A DNA stretch of 64,000 bases, from assembly GCA_047967505.1 (NCBI GenBank), contig CM106538.1. One strand, given 5' to 3'. The translations under genes and the position numbers were made by a program. Source of the stretch: Dipteris shenzhenensis (taxonomy: Eukaryota). Positions within the stretch are counted from its first letter, which is position 1. Every line of letters begins with the position of its first letter. This document shows positions 13,501-28,500 of the stretch, piece by piece. Under the pieces are notes generated by a model that saw only the letters and a program-made list of their open reading frames with translations, made no database searches and was not told where the DNA came from.

Positions 13501-16500
13501 GTGGGAAAACCCCCCGTCAGCGGCTATATATGCTCCTGGGCAACCCTAAACTGGGAATGCCAAACCCTAGACGTTCCGGCCGTTCCTTGGCCGTTCCGGC
13601 CACATTCCCTAGTGTTCCCAAAACTGGGAACGCTCCTCGGCATTCCCGATAGGCACTCCACCTAGGAACGGCGTTCCCACGTTCCAGGAAGACGGAACGC
13701 CATTCCCTGGTAACTATGGCAAGGGGAGGCCTGTTCTAACAAATCGCCTTGCTGATTTTTGACTACCAGAGCAGTCCGTGTTCCATTTGACGGTTGTCGA
13801 GGCAAGCCTCCAGAAGAATTCGTTTTTGCGCCATTAGCCTTCAAAAGAATTAGGGAGCCTCTAGAAGAATTCGTTTTTGTGCTAGGGAGCCTTCATAAGA
13901 ATGTGCCAGGGAGCCCCCATAAGAATTCGTTTTTTAGCCATGGAGCCTCCAGAAGAATTAGATTTTGTGCTAAGGAGCCTCCGAAAGAATTCGCCTTTTG
14001 CAAGAAGCCTCCAGAATTGAATCGCCATCAACCAGGGAGTTGCCAGGTGAAATCCAGGTGCAATGTTACGATTTTCTACTTCTGATTGGCTCTATGGTTC
14101 ATTCTTAGCATAAGGATCGCCTCATCAAGTGGGAAATTTTAAGTTTTTTCTCAAAAATTTGACCTGCGAAATTAGGACAAAACTAGCATTTGGGGCTTTT
14201 GGTACTGGTTTTTGATCAGGGCTTAAGACATTGCATTTACTCTTGATTCGAGTCATTAAAGATGCCTGTATAGAGCTCTACAGGTCAAGCTAGTAAGCAG
14301 ACAATGGGTATCCTTGATCCCATCTCAAAGAAGGAAGCAATAGATGATCAGAGTGTAGTTTTTGAACCCAATGATCCTCATGTTGGCAATGTTCAAGGGG
14401 ATTTGGCAACAACTCCTCAAGTACAAACATCCCTTAACCAAGAGCTGATCATAAAGAATTGTATGGACCCAATGCTACAGATATTCAAGGAGCTAACTAA
14501 TGAGATTAAGACCAATAATCAGAGGATTGACCAAAGGATGCAGAACATGTCTGCCACTTTTAATAAAAGGTTGGACCAGTTCAAGAGAAGCCAAATTTAT
14601 GATGGGAAGAGACCTGTGGATCCCCAAATTGATGGAGACTCAGGTTCAGATGATGATGATCATCATCCTATACATGTAACTGAACCGGTTGGTTTTATGG
14701 CTTCTGCCCGAAGGACCTATCACTCCAGTGGAGTTACAGCTCATATGGATAAGGATTCAGCACATGGTAAGACTCCTAATAATAACAGTTCAGCAACTGA
14801 AGAGTTGTGTCGAAAATTCCATGAATATAAGTTGCTACCAGCAGACCTTAGGGCAGCAATGACATTCCAGCAATATATACAAACAGTTAAATCTATTGAA
14901 CCAAAAGGACCTATTCATCAAGACAAAGATATGAAAGACAAGATTATACTTCCAAAGTTCAAAGGTGATTCTACCTATCCTGAGAAATTGGAGGAATGGC
15001 TCAGCAAGATGGATGACTACTTCCTTATATATCCAAAGGGTGATCAAGGTAAAATCAAATTTGCTGTTCTTCATCTGGAAGATTATGCCCACTCTTGGTG
15101 GAGGCATCTACAACAAGAAGGGTTAACTTTTAATGCTTGGGATGAATTCAAGGCTGAAATGCTTAAAACTTTTATATCTCCTTTTAATAGGGATCAATAT
15201 ATTTGTAAGTGGTATGATCTTACTCAACAAGGATCGGTGAAAAATTATATCAAACAGTTTTGGAAATTAGCTCTGTTTGTTTATGGTATTGATGAAAGAG
15301 TTAGAATGCTCAAGTTCATGGTCTCCACCCTAGTATTGCTTCAGATGTTGCAGCTCAAAAGCCCAATTCTCTTAAAGAGGCCATGCAGTTGGCAGAGCTG
15401 TATGAACCCAAATACAATGGGAAGGAGAAGACTTTGGGTATTGGTCACTTTGGAACTAAGCCAATGGTCAAAGGGGTTTCCAATGATGAAAGTAAATTTT
15501 TTGCACTTGCTACAACTTCTTCTATTTCTAGGTTTCCCACAGTATATGGCAGTGGCATGGGACAACCTAAGGCTTACAAGGCTACAGACGTAAAGTCATC
15601 ATTTAAACCCACTCCAAAGGATGATCTGAGTGATAAAAGAAACAAGTTGGTTAAGCAGTTATCTCAAGCAATTGTTGATGATAGGAAGAAGAAGAATTTG
15701 TGCTACCTTTGTGGTGAGAAGTGGACCCCTGAACATAGGAATGTGTGCAAAGCAAAAACAAGAGCAAAGTTGAGCTTGATTCTAGAGATTGATGAGGATT
15801 TATCTCCTAATACATCTGCAGCAGAATCTGAATTTCATGAATATCAGGACTGTGTGAATGAAGGCCTTGATGATGATGAGGATCATAGTTCCAAAAAGGG
15901 GACCATCTTTCCCTTTGATCCAGGTGGGTTATCCATGTTTGACACCATGCTTAGGGATGATAGTTTACCAAGGTGCTCAAATAGATCTAGACAATGGAAC
16001 ATTGAAGTTGTTGAAGATTATGAGGATGAGATCAGAAATTCTGATGGAAATGATTCTGTTGATGATGATGAAGTGTATTGGGATACACAATCAGTTGTGT
16101 ACAGCATATCTCCTGATGTTTTTATGGGCTACAAGGACTCTCAAACCCTTAGGTTAAAAGGAACAATCAATAACAGACCAATCCACATTTTGGTTAACAG
16201 TGGGAGCACTCATAACTTCATTAATGCAAAGACACTTCAAACATTGAGGTTATGCCCATCCACTTTGGATCATGGGATCAAAGTTGAGGTGGCTAATGGT
16301 CAGGCTGCTCACGTGCAACTTTCTCAAGACTATACTTTTCATGGAGATCTATTTGTCTTGGAAATGGGACCTATTGACATTGTCCTTGGTTGTGAATGGT
16401 TGAGAACCTTGGGAGAATTCTCTATGGACCTTGACAGGCTATATATGAAGTTTATGTGTTAAGGTAAGCACATCACTTTGATGGGTCACCAATCTCCTAA

Positions 16501-19500
16501 ATTGTCCTTAATTTCTGCAAGAAGAATGGCCAGAGACCTTAAAAGTGTTTGTGGAGTCTATGCTATTCAGTTGACCAAGTCTCAAGAAGGTAATGGGTTG
16601 TTAGTGGAGGATAAAGACATGCAGTCCCTATTACAGCAATACTCTAATGTATTTGCTGATCCTCCTAACCATCTCCCTCCCATGAGAGATGTGGATCATG
16701 CAATTGTGTTGGAGCCAAGATCTAAGCAAATCAACAAGGCTCCATATAGACTTTCTAGAGCTGAAAGGGAAGAGGTGGCAAGGCAAATAAAGGAACTCCT
16801 TGACAAGGAATTTATTACACACACTCAGTCACCCTTTGCCTCTCCTGTGTTATTGGTCAAGAAGAAGGATGGCTCATTTAGAATGTGTATTGATTACAGG
16901 GATTTGAACAAAATGACAGTTAAGAATAGGTTTCCTATCCCTAGAATTGATGATCTACTGGATGAGCTTAGAGGGGCAAAGTACTTCACAAAGATTGACT
17001 TAAGGTCAGGCTATCATCAAATAAGGATGAAGGAGGGAGATGAACATAAAACTACCTTCAGGACAGAACGTGGGCTTTATCAATTCAAAGTGATGGCATT
17101 TGGTCCAACCAATGCACCTGCAACTTTCCAGGCCCTAATGAACAAGGTATTGCAGCCTTTCCTCTATAAATTTGTGTTGGTATTCTTTGATGATATATTA
17201 ATCTACAGCAAAACGAAAGAAGAGCATTTATTGCATGTCCAGCAAGTATTAGAAGTATTGAGGACACACTAGTTGTATGCCAAATCAAGTAAATGCACTT
17301 TCATGGCTAAAGAAGTGGAATATTTGGGCCATATTGTCAGCAGTACTGGCATTAAGGTGGATCCCAACAAGGTGAAGTGTGTAAAGGATTGGCCTATACC
17401 TCAGAATATCACCCAGCTGAGAGGGTTCCTTGGTCTAGCATCATTTTATAGAAGATTTATAAGGCATTTTGCCAAATTGGCAGCTCCTCTCACTGATCTC
17501 CTAAAAAAGAATGCTTTCCAATGGTCTGACAGTGCCAATAAGAGCTTTGAAGCATTAAAGGAGGCATTAACTTCAGCGCCTATCTTGGTATGTCCTGATT
17601 TCTCTCAACCTTTTATAATTGAGGCTGATGCTAGTGGAAGGGGCATTGGAGCTGTCCTAAAGCAGAGTCATGGAGTTATTGCCTTTGAAAGTCGGAAATT
17701 GGATGACAAGGAGTCAAGTTTCCACATTTATGACCAAGAGATGTTGGCAATACTTCATGCAATCAAAAAGTGGCACCACTACATTTATGGCAGCCATTTC
17801 AAGGTCAAGACTGATCATAAGACTCTCAGATATTTTCTATCTCAGTCTTCTCTATCACCCAAGCAAAGGAGATGGCTATCCATTGTGCAAAACTATGACT
17901 TTGACATAGATTACAAGATGGGCAAAGAAAATATTGTGGCAGATTCTCTTTCCAAGATATGGGCTTGTACTTTATCATCTATTACTGAGGTTTATAAAGA
18001 TTGGATCCATGGCATTCAAGAAGAGTATCTCAATGATCCTCAAGCAGCTGCTATGTTCCAAGACTTGCAAGATCCTGACTGTCAGCAATATCTCAATTTC
18101 AAGTTGCACAATGGGCTCTTGTGGTATAATGATAGAAAATTTCTTACTGAAAATTCCTCCTATAAGCTGCTAATCTTACAGGAATTTCACTCATCTCCTA
18201 TGGCTGGGCATATAGGCCTCAACAAGACGTATGATAAGGTAAAACAGAGTTTTTACTGGAAGGGACTTTGGAAGGATGTTCTTGCTTATGTTCAAAGCTG
18301 TTTGCTCTGTCAACAAAACAGGGAGTTGAATTTGAGGTTAGCTGGTCTACTACAACCTCTACCTATACCTCAAGGTAAATGGACACATATCAGCATGGAC
18401 TTTATTACAGGCCTACCAGTGACCTCTAAGGGTTGGAACAATATCTTTGTGGTTGTTGATAGACTTACCAAAGCTGCCCACTTCATTCCTACTAAGACCC
18501 AATTTACAGCTTCCAAGGTGGCTAAGCAATTCATGGAGAATGTGTTTAAATTACATGGACTCCCTCAGAAAATTGTGAGTGATCGTGATGCTAAGTTCAT
18601 GGGGCATTTTTGGCAAGAGCTTTTCAGTTCTATGGGAACACTTCTTACCCCAAGTACAGCAGATCACCCTCAAACTGATGGGCAAATCGAGAGTATCTAA
18701 AGCATTTTTGCTTTGATACCCAAGCATCGTGGGATCAATGGTTGCATCTAGCTGAATTTTGTTATAATACCACCAAGCATACTTCAATTGGTATGAGCCC
18801 TTTTGAAGCCATGTTTGGCTGTAAAGCTCATGTTCCATCAACCATTAATGCTCAAGCATTGACAAGCCAGCAAGCCAAGGATGATTTGGCTCACATGACT
18901 GCTCTATTACAGCAATGTAAAGATAATATGGTAAGGGCCCAAGCAAGGATGAAGGATTATGCTGATGAGCATAGGAGAGAGCTTCATTTTGAAGAAGGGG
19001 ATTATGTATTTCTCAGATTACATAAGTCTAGGCATGCTTCCTTGAAAGGTAATACCAATGTTAAACTTGCTCATAGGTATTATGGACCTTACAAGGTTTT
19101 GAGGAAAGTTGGGGAAGTGGCTTATGAGTTGGAGCTTCCACCATCCTCTAGAATACACAAAGTATTCCATGTATCACTGCTCAAGAAGTATTTGGGACCC
19201 AAGGAGCAAGTTATGGAAGAGCTACCTCCTATGGATGAAGAGGGCCAAATTGAGTATATTCCTGAAAAGATCCTTGGATTTAGAGATCATGTGCTGAGGA
19301 ACAAGTCCTACATGGAATATCTTATCAAATGGAGAGGTCTACCTGATGAGGAGTCTTCTTGGCAGCCATCTACAATTGTGGAGCAGTACCCTCAATTGCT
19401 TAGCTGAATTCTATGGCCAAAATTGAGTCTTTGGCCAAAATTGAGTCTTTATGAGCAGATTTGATTTTCTCTTGCTATATGGCGTATATGGACATGTTGC

Positions 19501-22500
19501 AGCCAGCATTCACTTTCCTTTCTCAGATCTGTTATGTTGGACAGCATAACTCTTCCGCCCAATTGCTTGATTTCTTGGGAATATTATATGATCCATTTAC
19601 AGATCAGCATGCCTACAGGGAGGTATTTGACTAAGAAACTTCATTGTTCAGCTGATATGACCAGAATTGAGCTGTTCAGGTTTACAAGGAGCATTGTATG
19701 TCCAGGTTACATCCTTTTCAAATTTGAGGACAAATTTCTATTTGAGGAGGGAGGATTGTAACAGATGGTTACTTTTTACTTAGGCTAAACTTGGGCTAAA
19801 AGTTAGTAGAAAGGCCTTCATTGGCTTGTAAGTGTTCTTTTCTTTTTTTAGGGGATACCATAAGTTGCCACGTGGCATCCTAGGAGGTAATCCCATAAGC
19901 AATACTGCTTTGTGCTGCCCTGGGCCATACCTATATAAAGGCTCTGGTTGTACTTGGTGCAGGTCCAGCCCATGACCTTCTACCCCTACCTTTTTCCTAA
20001 AATATAAGGTACTACTCTATTCTAACCTTCCTGCATATTCTACTATCAGTTAGGAGCAGTCCTGTTGCAGGAACTGGGCCTAGGCATGAACACCTTAGGA
20101 TATGCAAAAGATATATGATTGAGTGGTCTTATAGAGAGTGCATCCGCAGCTTTGTTGGTCCTTACTAGCCAAAAATGAAAGTTTGCAGAAATGCAGCCCA
20201 TTAGATAGGCGTTTCTCTCATCAATGGTGAGAAAATATAATAAGCTTCGGTTGTTATTGTAAACATTAAACTTAGTTCTCATGATATGATGCTTCCGGAG
20301 CTTGAGTGCATGAATGAGCTCTTATATGCTATTGGATGATCATCTTCATAAAAAAAGCTCCAAGGCCAACACCACAACAATAAATGGCTCAGGGCAGATC
20401 TGGAATGATTAAAAAAGGTTCCAAGTAGTCCTTTTGAGAAGCTGAAAGACTTTTTCCTGTGCATCTGATCATACAACGATGATTCCTTTCTTGTGAGTTG
20501 GAATGGTCTAAAGCTTGTAACAGAGTTCCTCCTACCACTCTGCCTCCAATTTTCATATGCATGTAAAAGCATAAAATAAACAAATTCGTTGAAAAGAACC
20601 AAAACCTTTTTAAAGATTAAGAAGACTAAAAAGGAGATCTAATCTTAGCCCTTACCCTTGATGTGACCTTTAATATTATTAAAAAACCTCCCCCCAACTC
20701 CAATGGATATCGTTGGAGGCTGCTGCACAACTCTAAAGGGCTCCTTCCTCTCCCCCCTGTCCTTCAGGTCACTCGCACTGCCATCTCTCTCTATCTCAGT
20801 CATGTGCTGCTGCCTTCCCTCCTCCATGAACTCCTGATGCTCCACCCTTCGGCTGCTAGACTGAATCATGACCAGCCCCCCTCTCACTGAAGCTTCTTCT
20901 GCTCCAGGGACCTGCACAGCTGCCAGCTTCAGCTCCTATGGCCTACCTATCTCTTGCTAACTGCAAATCCAGCTTCTGCTATTTTTGCAGAGCGGGTGAT
21001 TGCTATTCCACTTTCTCCTATCAGACTGCTCTAGCCAATCTTTCTCTCCTTGCACAAGCACCATAGCAATCTTTTGTTGCCCCCCAAAAAAAGACTATGC
21101 CCAATCAAGCAGCCACACCTGCTATTCTTAGACCCATAGATCTTCATGTCCCTACACATGAGTATAGGCAGCCGCTATATGATGTCACAAAGTAAGGGTA
21201 CAAATAGAAATCATTTCAGCCTTCTAACTCAGTTAGGATTCCAAGGCAAGACGCAACACAGACACTAATTTCTTTTCATCTATGGTTTACCCTATGACAG
21301 CTATGCTGTTCAAACTTCTTATTGAGGTGTTTTCACCAGAGATTAAATTGAATAACTTGCTACCACCCTTAGTTCCCGCCTTGAGAATGAGGCATAATCC
21401 GCCCATTCATGAATTCCAATTATGTACCTGGCATCTGTCTACTTCCTTGAAAGACTGAACAAGCTCCAACTCTCTGCCTGATGCATGGGGGCAAGGTGAT
21501 AACACTACCTATAAACAAAACCACAATGAACGTAAGCTTCGATTTATTTGGAACCCTTTGCACATGAGAAACCCTCATTTGCAGAAAACGAAAATAAAAA
21601 CAATAAATCAAGGACATTGCTTCCATATTTTAGCCACAAAAAATGACAAGTGAACAATTAAGAGACAACCAGGGCAGTATTAAATTGCTAAAAACTGTGG
21701 CTTTGGCAATGTAGCAGAGGATAGTGCAAAAACGCAAGAGCTACTAGGATGCTGACCAATAATCTCCCACAATATACACTACAGCAGCTAGATCAAAAAT
21801 CATTGCTAATTTTGCATGATAAGATTGTACTAGCCTTTTATCAACCTTTATTTGAAAAAATATGCACATGCATAAGCAGCAGAGCTAGTACTAGATCTAA
21901 TGTGTGCTGTGGAGCAGATGGAGGCAAAGAAAGCGGGAAAGCAGCCAGCTTTCATCAATCATCGAACTCTTACAAGTGGAGAGGGACAGCATATACATGT
22001 TTCTATGATATGTACACACACGCCAAAACTACTCTAGACCAGTGCCACATGGCAAGCCAAATATATATTTAGACCCATTATGCAGACAAGCTACCACATC
22101 TGAGCTTAACCAATGTCAAATGTTTGAAAAGACCACTAGTTAAGTCCAAAACCGGCATTAGACATATGTACATCTGACCTTACATTGGTCCAAAATTGGC
22201 ATCAAGGTATGTACACTCCTTGAAGCTCAATTTTCTATCCTACAGCCCAAGCATGTCCCTACACCATACGGCCACACCCACATATTGGCGAAGTAATAAC
22301 TGGAACACCAATGATATTTGGAGTTGTATCCAAAATGGTTCCATTGACCTCATCTATTGTCCACTTGTGGACTATAGGGCAAAAATCTTTATCAAAATCA
22401 CACCTTGTGGTTTGTTGTCCTATTGAGCTAATTGCCTGCCAATATAGTGTAGAATCTGAAAATGCTTCAATCTCTGTCTTCAACGTATTGTCTAGTCTCA

Positions 22501-25500
22501 ATGGGTTTACGTACTTGTATGGCATCCAATATTTTAACCACCCCAACATGGACGTTGTCTGACTTAGAAGCATAACACACGTTGTTTGCTCAACTTCAAG
22601 ACCCAAAATACAATTAAATAAATCCAAGTCATGAAGGTATATATATGCATTTCAAACTTTTTCAAAGATTAACCTTGATCTAAATTTTCAACTTGTTGTT
22701 GCTATTTACTATGATAAGTTGATTTACACATAGAGGCAATAATTGTGGCAGCATCTACATTTACACCCCATCAAGTTCACTCCTTGTGAACTTTGCTCAT
22801 TGAGTCACTCATAAACATGTAACATATCACGTTAGTGCACGAAGGGGTATTTTCTTAATAGAGGGACTTACATGCCGTTTTAGTTTGGCCACCCTTTCGG
22901 GGCAGATAGCCCGGCCTGCTGGCCGGCTATCTGGCACAGGTGGGCCCACCTATTGGTCAGCCACCTAGGCTGGAGCACTATAAGCAAAAGGAGAGATGGA
23001 GAGCAAGCCACAAACGTACTGAATAGAAGAGATTGAGAAAACATACAAGAGGTGAAGATTTTGTCCAAGTGACAAACCTAAACCTATCCACTTTGGTCCA
23101 ACATCCGAATGCAATTTGTTCAACCATTAACAGGAAAAGTTGGGGTCAATCTTAGTGGAGCTGCTGCTCCTCCCCGCTCCCTTGCTGCCCCCTCTCCCTC
23201 AGCCCCTCCCTCCCTCTCTCCCTTGCCCTCAGCCCATCCCCCTCCCCCTCCCTCAGCCCCTCCCTCCCTTCTCCTCCTCCCCCTCTCAGCCCGCCCCCTT
23301 CCCTTCAGCCCGCTCCCTCTCCTCTCCCTCTCAGCCTGCGCCGCCGCCCCCTCCCTGCCTCTCAGCCCACCCCCTCCCTGCCTCTCCTTCCTCTCCCTCT
23401 CCTCTCCCTCTCAGCCTGCGCCGCCCCCACCCTTCCTCTCAGCCCGCCCCCTCCCTGCCTCTCCTTCCTCTCCCCCTCCTCTCCCTCTCAGCCTGCGCCG
23501 CCGCCCCCTCCCTCCCTCTCCTCTCCCGCCCCCTCCCTGCCTCACAGCCCGCCCCATCCCTGCCTCTCCTTCCTCTCCCTCTCCTCTCCCTAGCCTGTGC
23601 ACTCCCTCCCTCTCCTCCCTCCCTCTCAGCCTGCCCCCTCCCCTTCAGCCTCTCAGCCTCTCCCCTCTACCCCTCTCCTCCTCGCCCCCTACCCCCGCTC
23701 CCTCCTCACCTCCTATCCCTGTTCTCTACCCCCCTACCCCCGCCTTTTTCCTTCCTCATTCTCCCGCAGCATTTTTTGGAGCGGAAGGAGCCCCCAAAAT
23801 TGTTAGAGTCGGCCTCCTCACCTCGATTGGCAATGGATATTCCGTCAGCCAATCCTACTCCACCTCCACCGGCCGCGAAAACTTTTACTTTTTCTAAAGA
23901 CGAGTTGCAGCAGCTCAAGAAGGATGTAGAGATTGAATGCTCTACCACGTTGCTAGCACGCATCTTCGGGTCTCACCCCTCCAGATCCCAAGCCAGAGAC
24001 TGGATGCTTGCGGCTCTCCCCCAAGACCTCACTCCACGATTGTTAGATGTTCGTCTTCTTGGACGAGGTTTTTTCCAGGTTGTTTTTGACACTCCAGAGG
24101 CTGCGAGCACTGTGCTCAAAGCTGAGTTTTTACACCTAGGACACAAGAAGATCTTCTTTGACGCCTTTGATATTGGTTTCGACCCAGTGGAGGCAGATAA
24201 GGAAATCTTTTCGCTCTTCATCAGATTTCCCGGGCTTCCCCAGGTTTACCATCGACTTCTTTCTGTTATTGGGGAGCATTTTGGCGCGGTTGCTAATATC
24301 CCACCCCTCCCTGGGTTGCCATTGACTGCAGCAGAGGCAACCAAGGCTGATGGGACACCTAGAGTTAGGGTCCTCTGTAAGGATCCTAGCCTCAAGATGG
24401 ACCATGTTATGATCCAGTGCCTGGATGGTTCCTTTTTTCGCCAGAGAGTAGAGATTTCAAGCACACAGGACCAGCGCAGGATATGCAGGACCATTGGACA
24501 CTTTGCCAGGGATTGCCCCAGGAGGAAGAAAAGGCCCAAGAAGCCCTCTGGTACAGCTACCGCCCCACGGCCTTGACAGGGGGTGGTACAGGTCCAACAC
24601 TTGCTCCTCGGCCTCGACAAAGGGGCTGGACCTGCTCCTCGACCTCCGCATGGCGGTCCTCCTCAGGATGGTGGTGGTACAGGTCTAGCACCTACTCCTC
24701 AGCCTCGACAGGGGGTGGTACAAGTCCATCACCTGCTCCTCGACCTCCACCTACCTCAGGGGCACGCGACACATTCCAGTGGGTTCCGACGGTTCGTGTG
24801 CAGATCCCTCCTTCAATTCACGAGGGTACACTAGTGGACTCTCCTTCACCTCGAGCTGTCCCTCCAGTCTCACCTCGCACAGTCCGAGACACTGAAGCTT
24901 CGACCTCCTCCCCGATTGCAACTTCTTCCCTAAAACCAGCGGTGCCAGACACTCTCCTTGAGGTAGTAGAGGTCTCCACGGCTGGGCAGACACAGGATCG
25001 AGAGCAGTCCTCACTGGATAGGGGGAAGGGGATGGTTTACACTATTGATCCCCTTCCCTCAGAAGAGATCCTTCGCACTCCAGTGTCTGGCTTGCTTCAC
25101 AGGAACTCATTTTCAGCCCTGGCAGATGATTCAAATTTCCCAGAGGAGGAGTTTGTGCCCTCTACTTTTGGTGAGCAAGTGATTGGATTTCCTGTTGACA
25201 AGGCTTCTTCTTCAGGTGGCAAGGTTCTTTCTCCTGTTGATTTTCCGCCACTTGGTTCCATTCCTCGCTCCTCGAGCAGGAGGTCTTCCCCTGTGAGGGA
25301 TTTGTTTCCGCCACTAGGTCGGGTAAGGTGTTCCACTCTACATCCTCCCGCCGATGAGGATTATTAGTTGGAACATACAGGGCCTAGGTGGTGTCCCACA
25401 TCGCCACCGTAGACAGCTGATCCGGGATCGCTTCATCGAGGTGTTACTGGGGGTTCCATTGATATCTTATTTATTCAAGTGCACAAACTGGATTCTAGAG

Positions 25501-28500
25501 ATTGTGCCAAGTCAGGCAAGTTGCTTTCTGGCCATACTTTTTGATCGCCTGCCTTGGGCACCAGGGGGGGCACTTCTATTTCAATTTCCCAGTTGGTTCT
25601 CCCCTTAGTTGTTGGACACGCAGTCATTATTTCCTCTAGAGTTCAGTGGATTATTCTTTTGATTGGAGGGCGTAAGGTTGGTTTCCTTAACCTGTATGCC
25701 TCCAACATTAAAGGGGAACGTGTCCTTATGCGGAAGGATTTGCTCTCCTGGGCCCCCATTGCGGATTCATGGGTGATTGGAGGTGACTTTAACATGGTTG
25801 AGTTACCATCAGACAAAAAAGGGGATAGAGAAGGAGGACTTCACTCTTTGGAGAGAGCAACTTGGGATGCCTTCCTTTTTCACTTCTGTGGCAGAGATAC
25901 TTGGTTGGACGATGCCTTTCTTATTCAGCCACAGTCCCTCCTGTTCTCTCGAACAGGAGGCAGCAGATGCCTATTCATGCACGCACTGACAGATTCTATG
26001 TAGATGATTGGGCACTAGACAGAGGTGGATCGGTATGCATTGCTGCTGGGGTTTCCACTTCAGACCACTTTCCTGTTGTGCTGGCTATCTCAGAGCCTCA
26101 CTTGAGAGGCCGGTCTGCCAGCATCAGGATTCCAGATGCCTTGTACACAGAGGAGGACCTTACAGAGGCAGCCCTGCAGATATGGGTTTCTCATGTCCAG
26201 GGTGGGCAGCCATATCCATCACATGTAGCTGCTGCCCTTTCTAGTATTAGCGACTTCTACCTCTCAGTTGCTTGTACCAGGAGACGAGATATTCTTAGAC
26301 GTGAGATTGGTGTTCGCCAACAACTGGCAGCTTTGCAAAGGGAAGAGCAGAAACGGCCTTCAGATGCTTGGATTCAGGAGAGCCTTGCTGCAGCAAGGGC
26401 TCATCAGCAGATATTGCTTGATCAGAGAACAGAGTATGCCTCTCATGCACGGGAGTCCTTCTGGATTCAAATGGGTGGTAGAGTCAATAAACACTTTTTC
26501 TCTACTCTTGGCCCTAGACATAGCAGAGAGAGTGTATCCCAGTTTATTGACTCACATGAGGTTTTACAGACAGAGCCTGATGATGTCTTACGCATAGCTT
26601 CAGATTTTTATGCCACCCTTCTTTCTGCTGATCCTGAGACACAGGATAGAGAGGATGCTAGACAGGCTATTTGGTAGAGCATCCCTTTGTTGGTGAATCC
26701 GGATATGCATGTTTTGCTCGATGCACCTTTCACCAACACGGAGTTCAGGATTGCACTTTCAGCCCTTCACAAGGGCAAGTGCCCAGGTTCGGATGGCCTC
26801 GCCCCTTCTTTTTTCATTGCATTTTGGGATATGATTGGAGACTACATTACTTCAGCCCTGCAGACCATTTGGGACTCTGGCAAGATGCCTGGGTCGCTTA
26901 CAGAGGGTCTCATCCACCTTATCCCGAAAGGAGGTTGCAGAAATCTAGTGTCCCAGTGGAGGCCTATCACACTTTTGGGGACTTGTTACAAGATTCTGGC
27001 CAAGGCAATCAGCCTCCGATTGCAGCCCCTTTCCCTGATCTTATTCATGACACTCAGACGGGATTTGTGCATGGCAGAAGCATTTTTTATAACATTTTCT
27101 CTTTCTGGGAAGCTTCAGAGTGGGCCATGCAGAGTGGCCAGAATCTAGCCATTCTACTTTTGGATTTTGAGAAAGCTTATGACAAAGTAGATTGGGGTTT
27201 TTTAGAGGGCACCCTTCTACATTTTGGCTTTACTGATGCTTGGATTAGAAGTGTTTCCTCTTTGTACAGATCAGCCCACAGCCAGGTACTTATTGGTGGG
27301 GTGAGGGGTGAGAGATTTCAGATTTCGAGATCAGTCTGTCAGGGATGCCCCCTTGCTCCTTTCCTTTTTTTGTTCGTTACCGAAGCTATGAGTATCTATG
27401 TTAGATCTCAAGCTGACATCTTTGGGCTGAGACTTCCCATCAGAAGGGAAGAGGAGCTACTTGACAATGAGTTGGCAGATGACACAGCAGTTTACTTGGA
27501 TGCCACTCCACAAACGCTCACTTCTTTCAGGACAGCATTGGATTTATTTTGCTTGGTGACAAGGGCGCACATAAATTGGCATAAATTTAATCGCTTTTGG
27601 ATCAGTGATGAGGACACTCCAGTTTGGGGGCTTGACATAGGATTCACTTGGGTTCAAAGGGGTGTGCCTGTCAGGTATTTGGGCTGCCAGGTCGGCTTGG
27701 ATATTTCTTCCACGCAGCAGTTTGCTCCCGTGTTGGAGCGCATCAGGAGGAAGCTCCTTTTTTGGAGCTCAGCCAAGCTGGATCTTGCCTCTAGAGTTGT
27801 GGTGGTCAACCAGGTCCTCTTGGCCACGGCCTGGTTTGTTTGTTCATGTTGGTGCCGTTCTAGGGATTGCATCATTCAGCTCAGGAGACCGATCAGAAAC
27901 TTTCTTTGGCGTCGGCTTGATGGCACAGCAGATGCCTTAGCCAAGGTGGCTTGGGAGACCCTCATCCTCCCTACACACGAAGGGGGTCTCAATATTATTG
28001 ATCCAAATTTACAGTGCAGAGCTTTACTATGCAAGATGGTGGTGCGGGGACTTATGCCAGGTAAGGAACCGTGGAAGGACTTTCTTATTAGCAGCGTACA
28101 GAGGTGCACACCTTCTTCAAGAGGAGACTGGATGAGTAGTATTAGGTGGAAATTCACCACAGCACACCTCAGATCACCTTCGTCCCCTCTCATGGTTGCC
28201 AATCTGAAAGCTTGGGCCAGTTTCAGGAGCACTCTTCGAAGGATTCCTCCTTCCTCTCGTGAAGAGATTGATAGGCAACCCATCATGTGGAATGATAGTG
28301 TTTTAGATGATCATGGCAGACCAATGGGTGCCTCACTCTACAACCTTGATAGGCTGAAAAGCAAACTCAAGCAAGATATCCTCTGTGGACCTGAGCAATC
28401 TGCCACCATCCTACACACTAAAAACTAAAGCATCCTCCTGTGCATCTCGAAAGGCCAAAACCTGAAGCGGAACACCGCCTCTCGTAAAAGTACTTGCCCA

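Larger units (their letters stand above)
13720..20048 (+). mobile_element. Ty3/gypsy chromovirus-type LTR retrotransposon with 3' LTR; 5' LTR not found
   Basis: Order gag-PR-RT-RH-INT-chromodomain; PPT GAGGAGGGAGGA at 19744-19755 followed by a TG…CA LTR; repeated 'gagcctccagaagaattcgtttttg' leader. Confidence 0.9.

Noticed and set aside
23109-23897. Pro/Ser/Leu-rich ORFs resembling extensins
   Set aside because: Translation of the CT-rich 5' UTR repeats of the LINE, lying inside its TSDs
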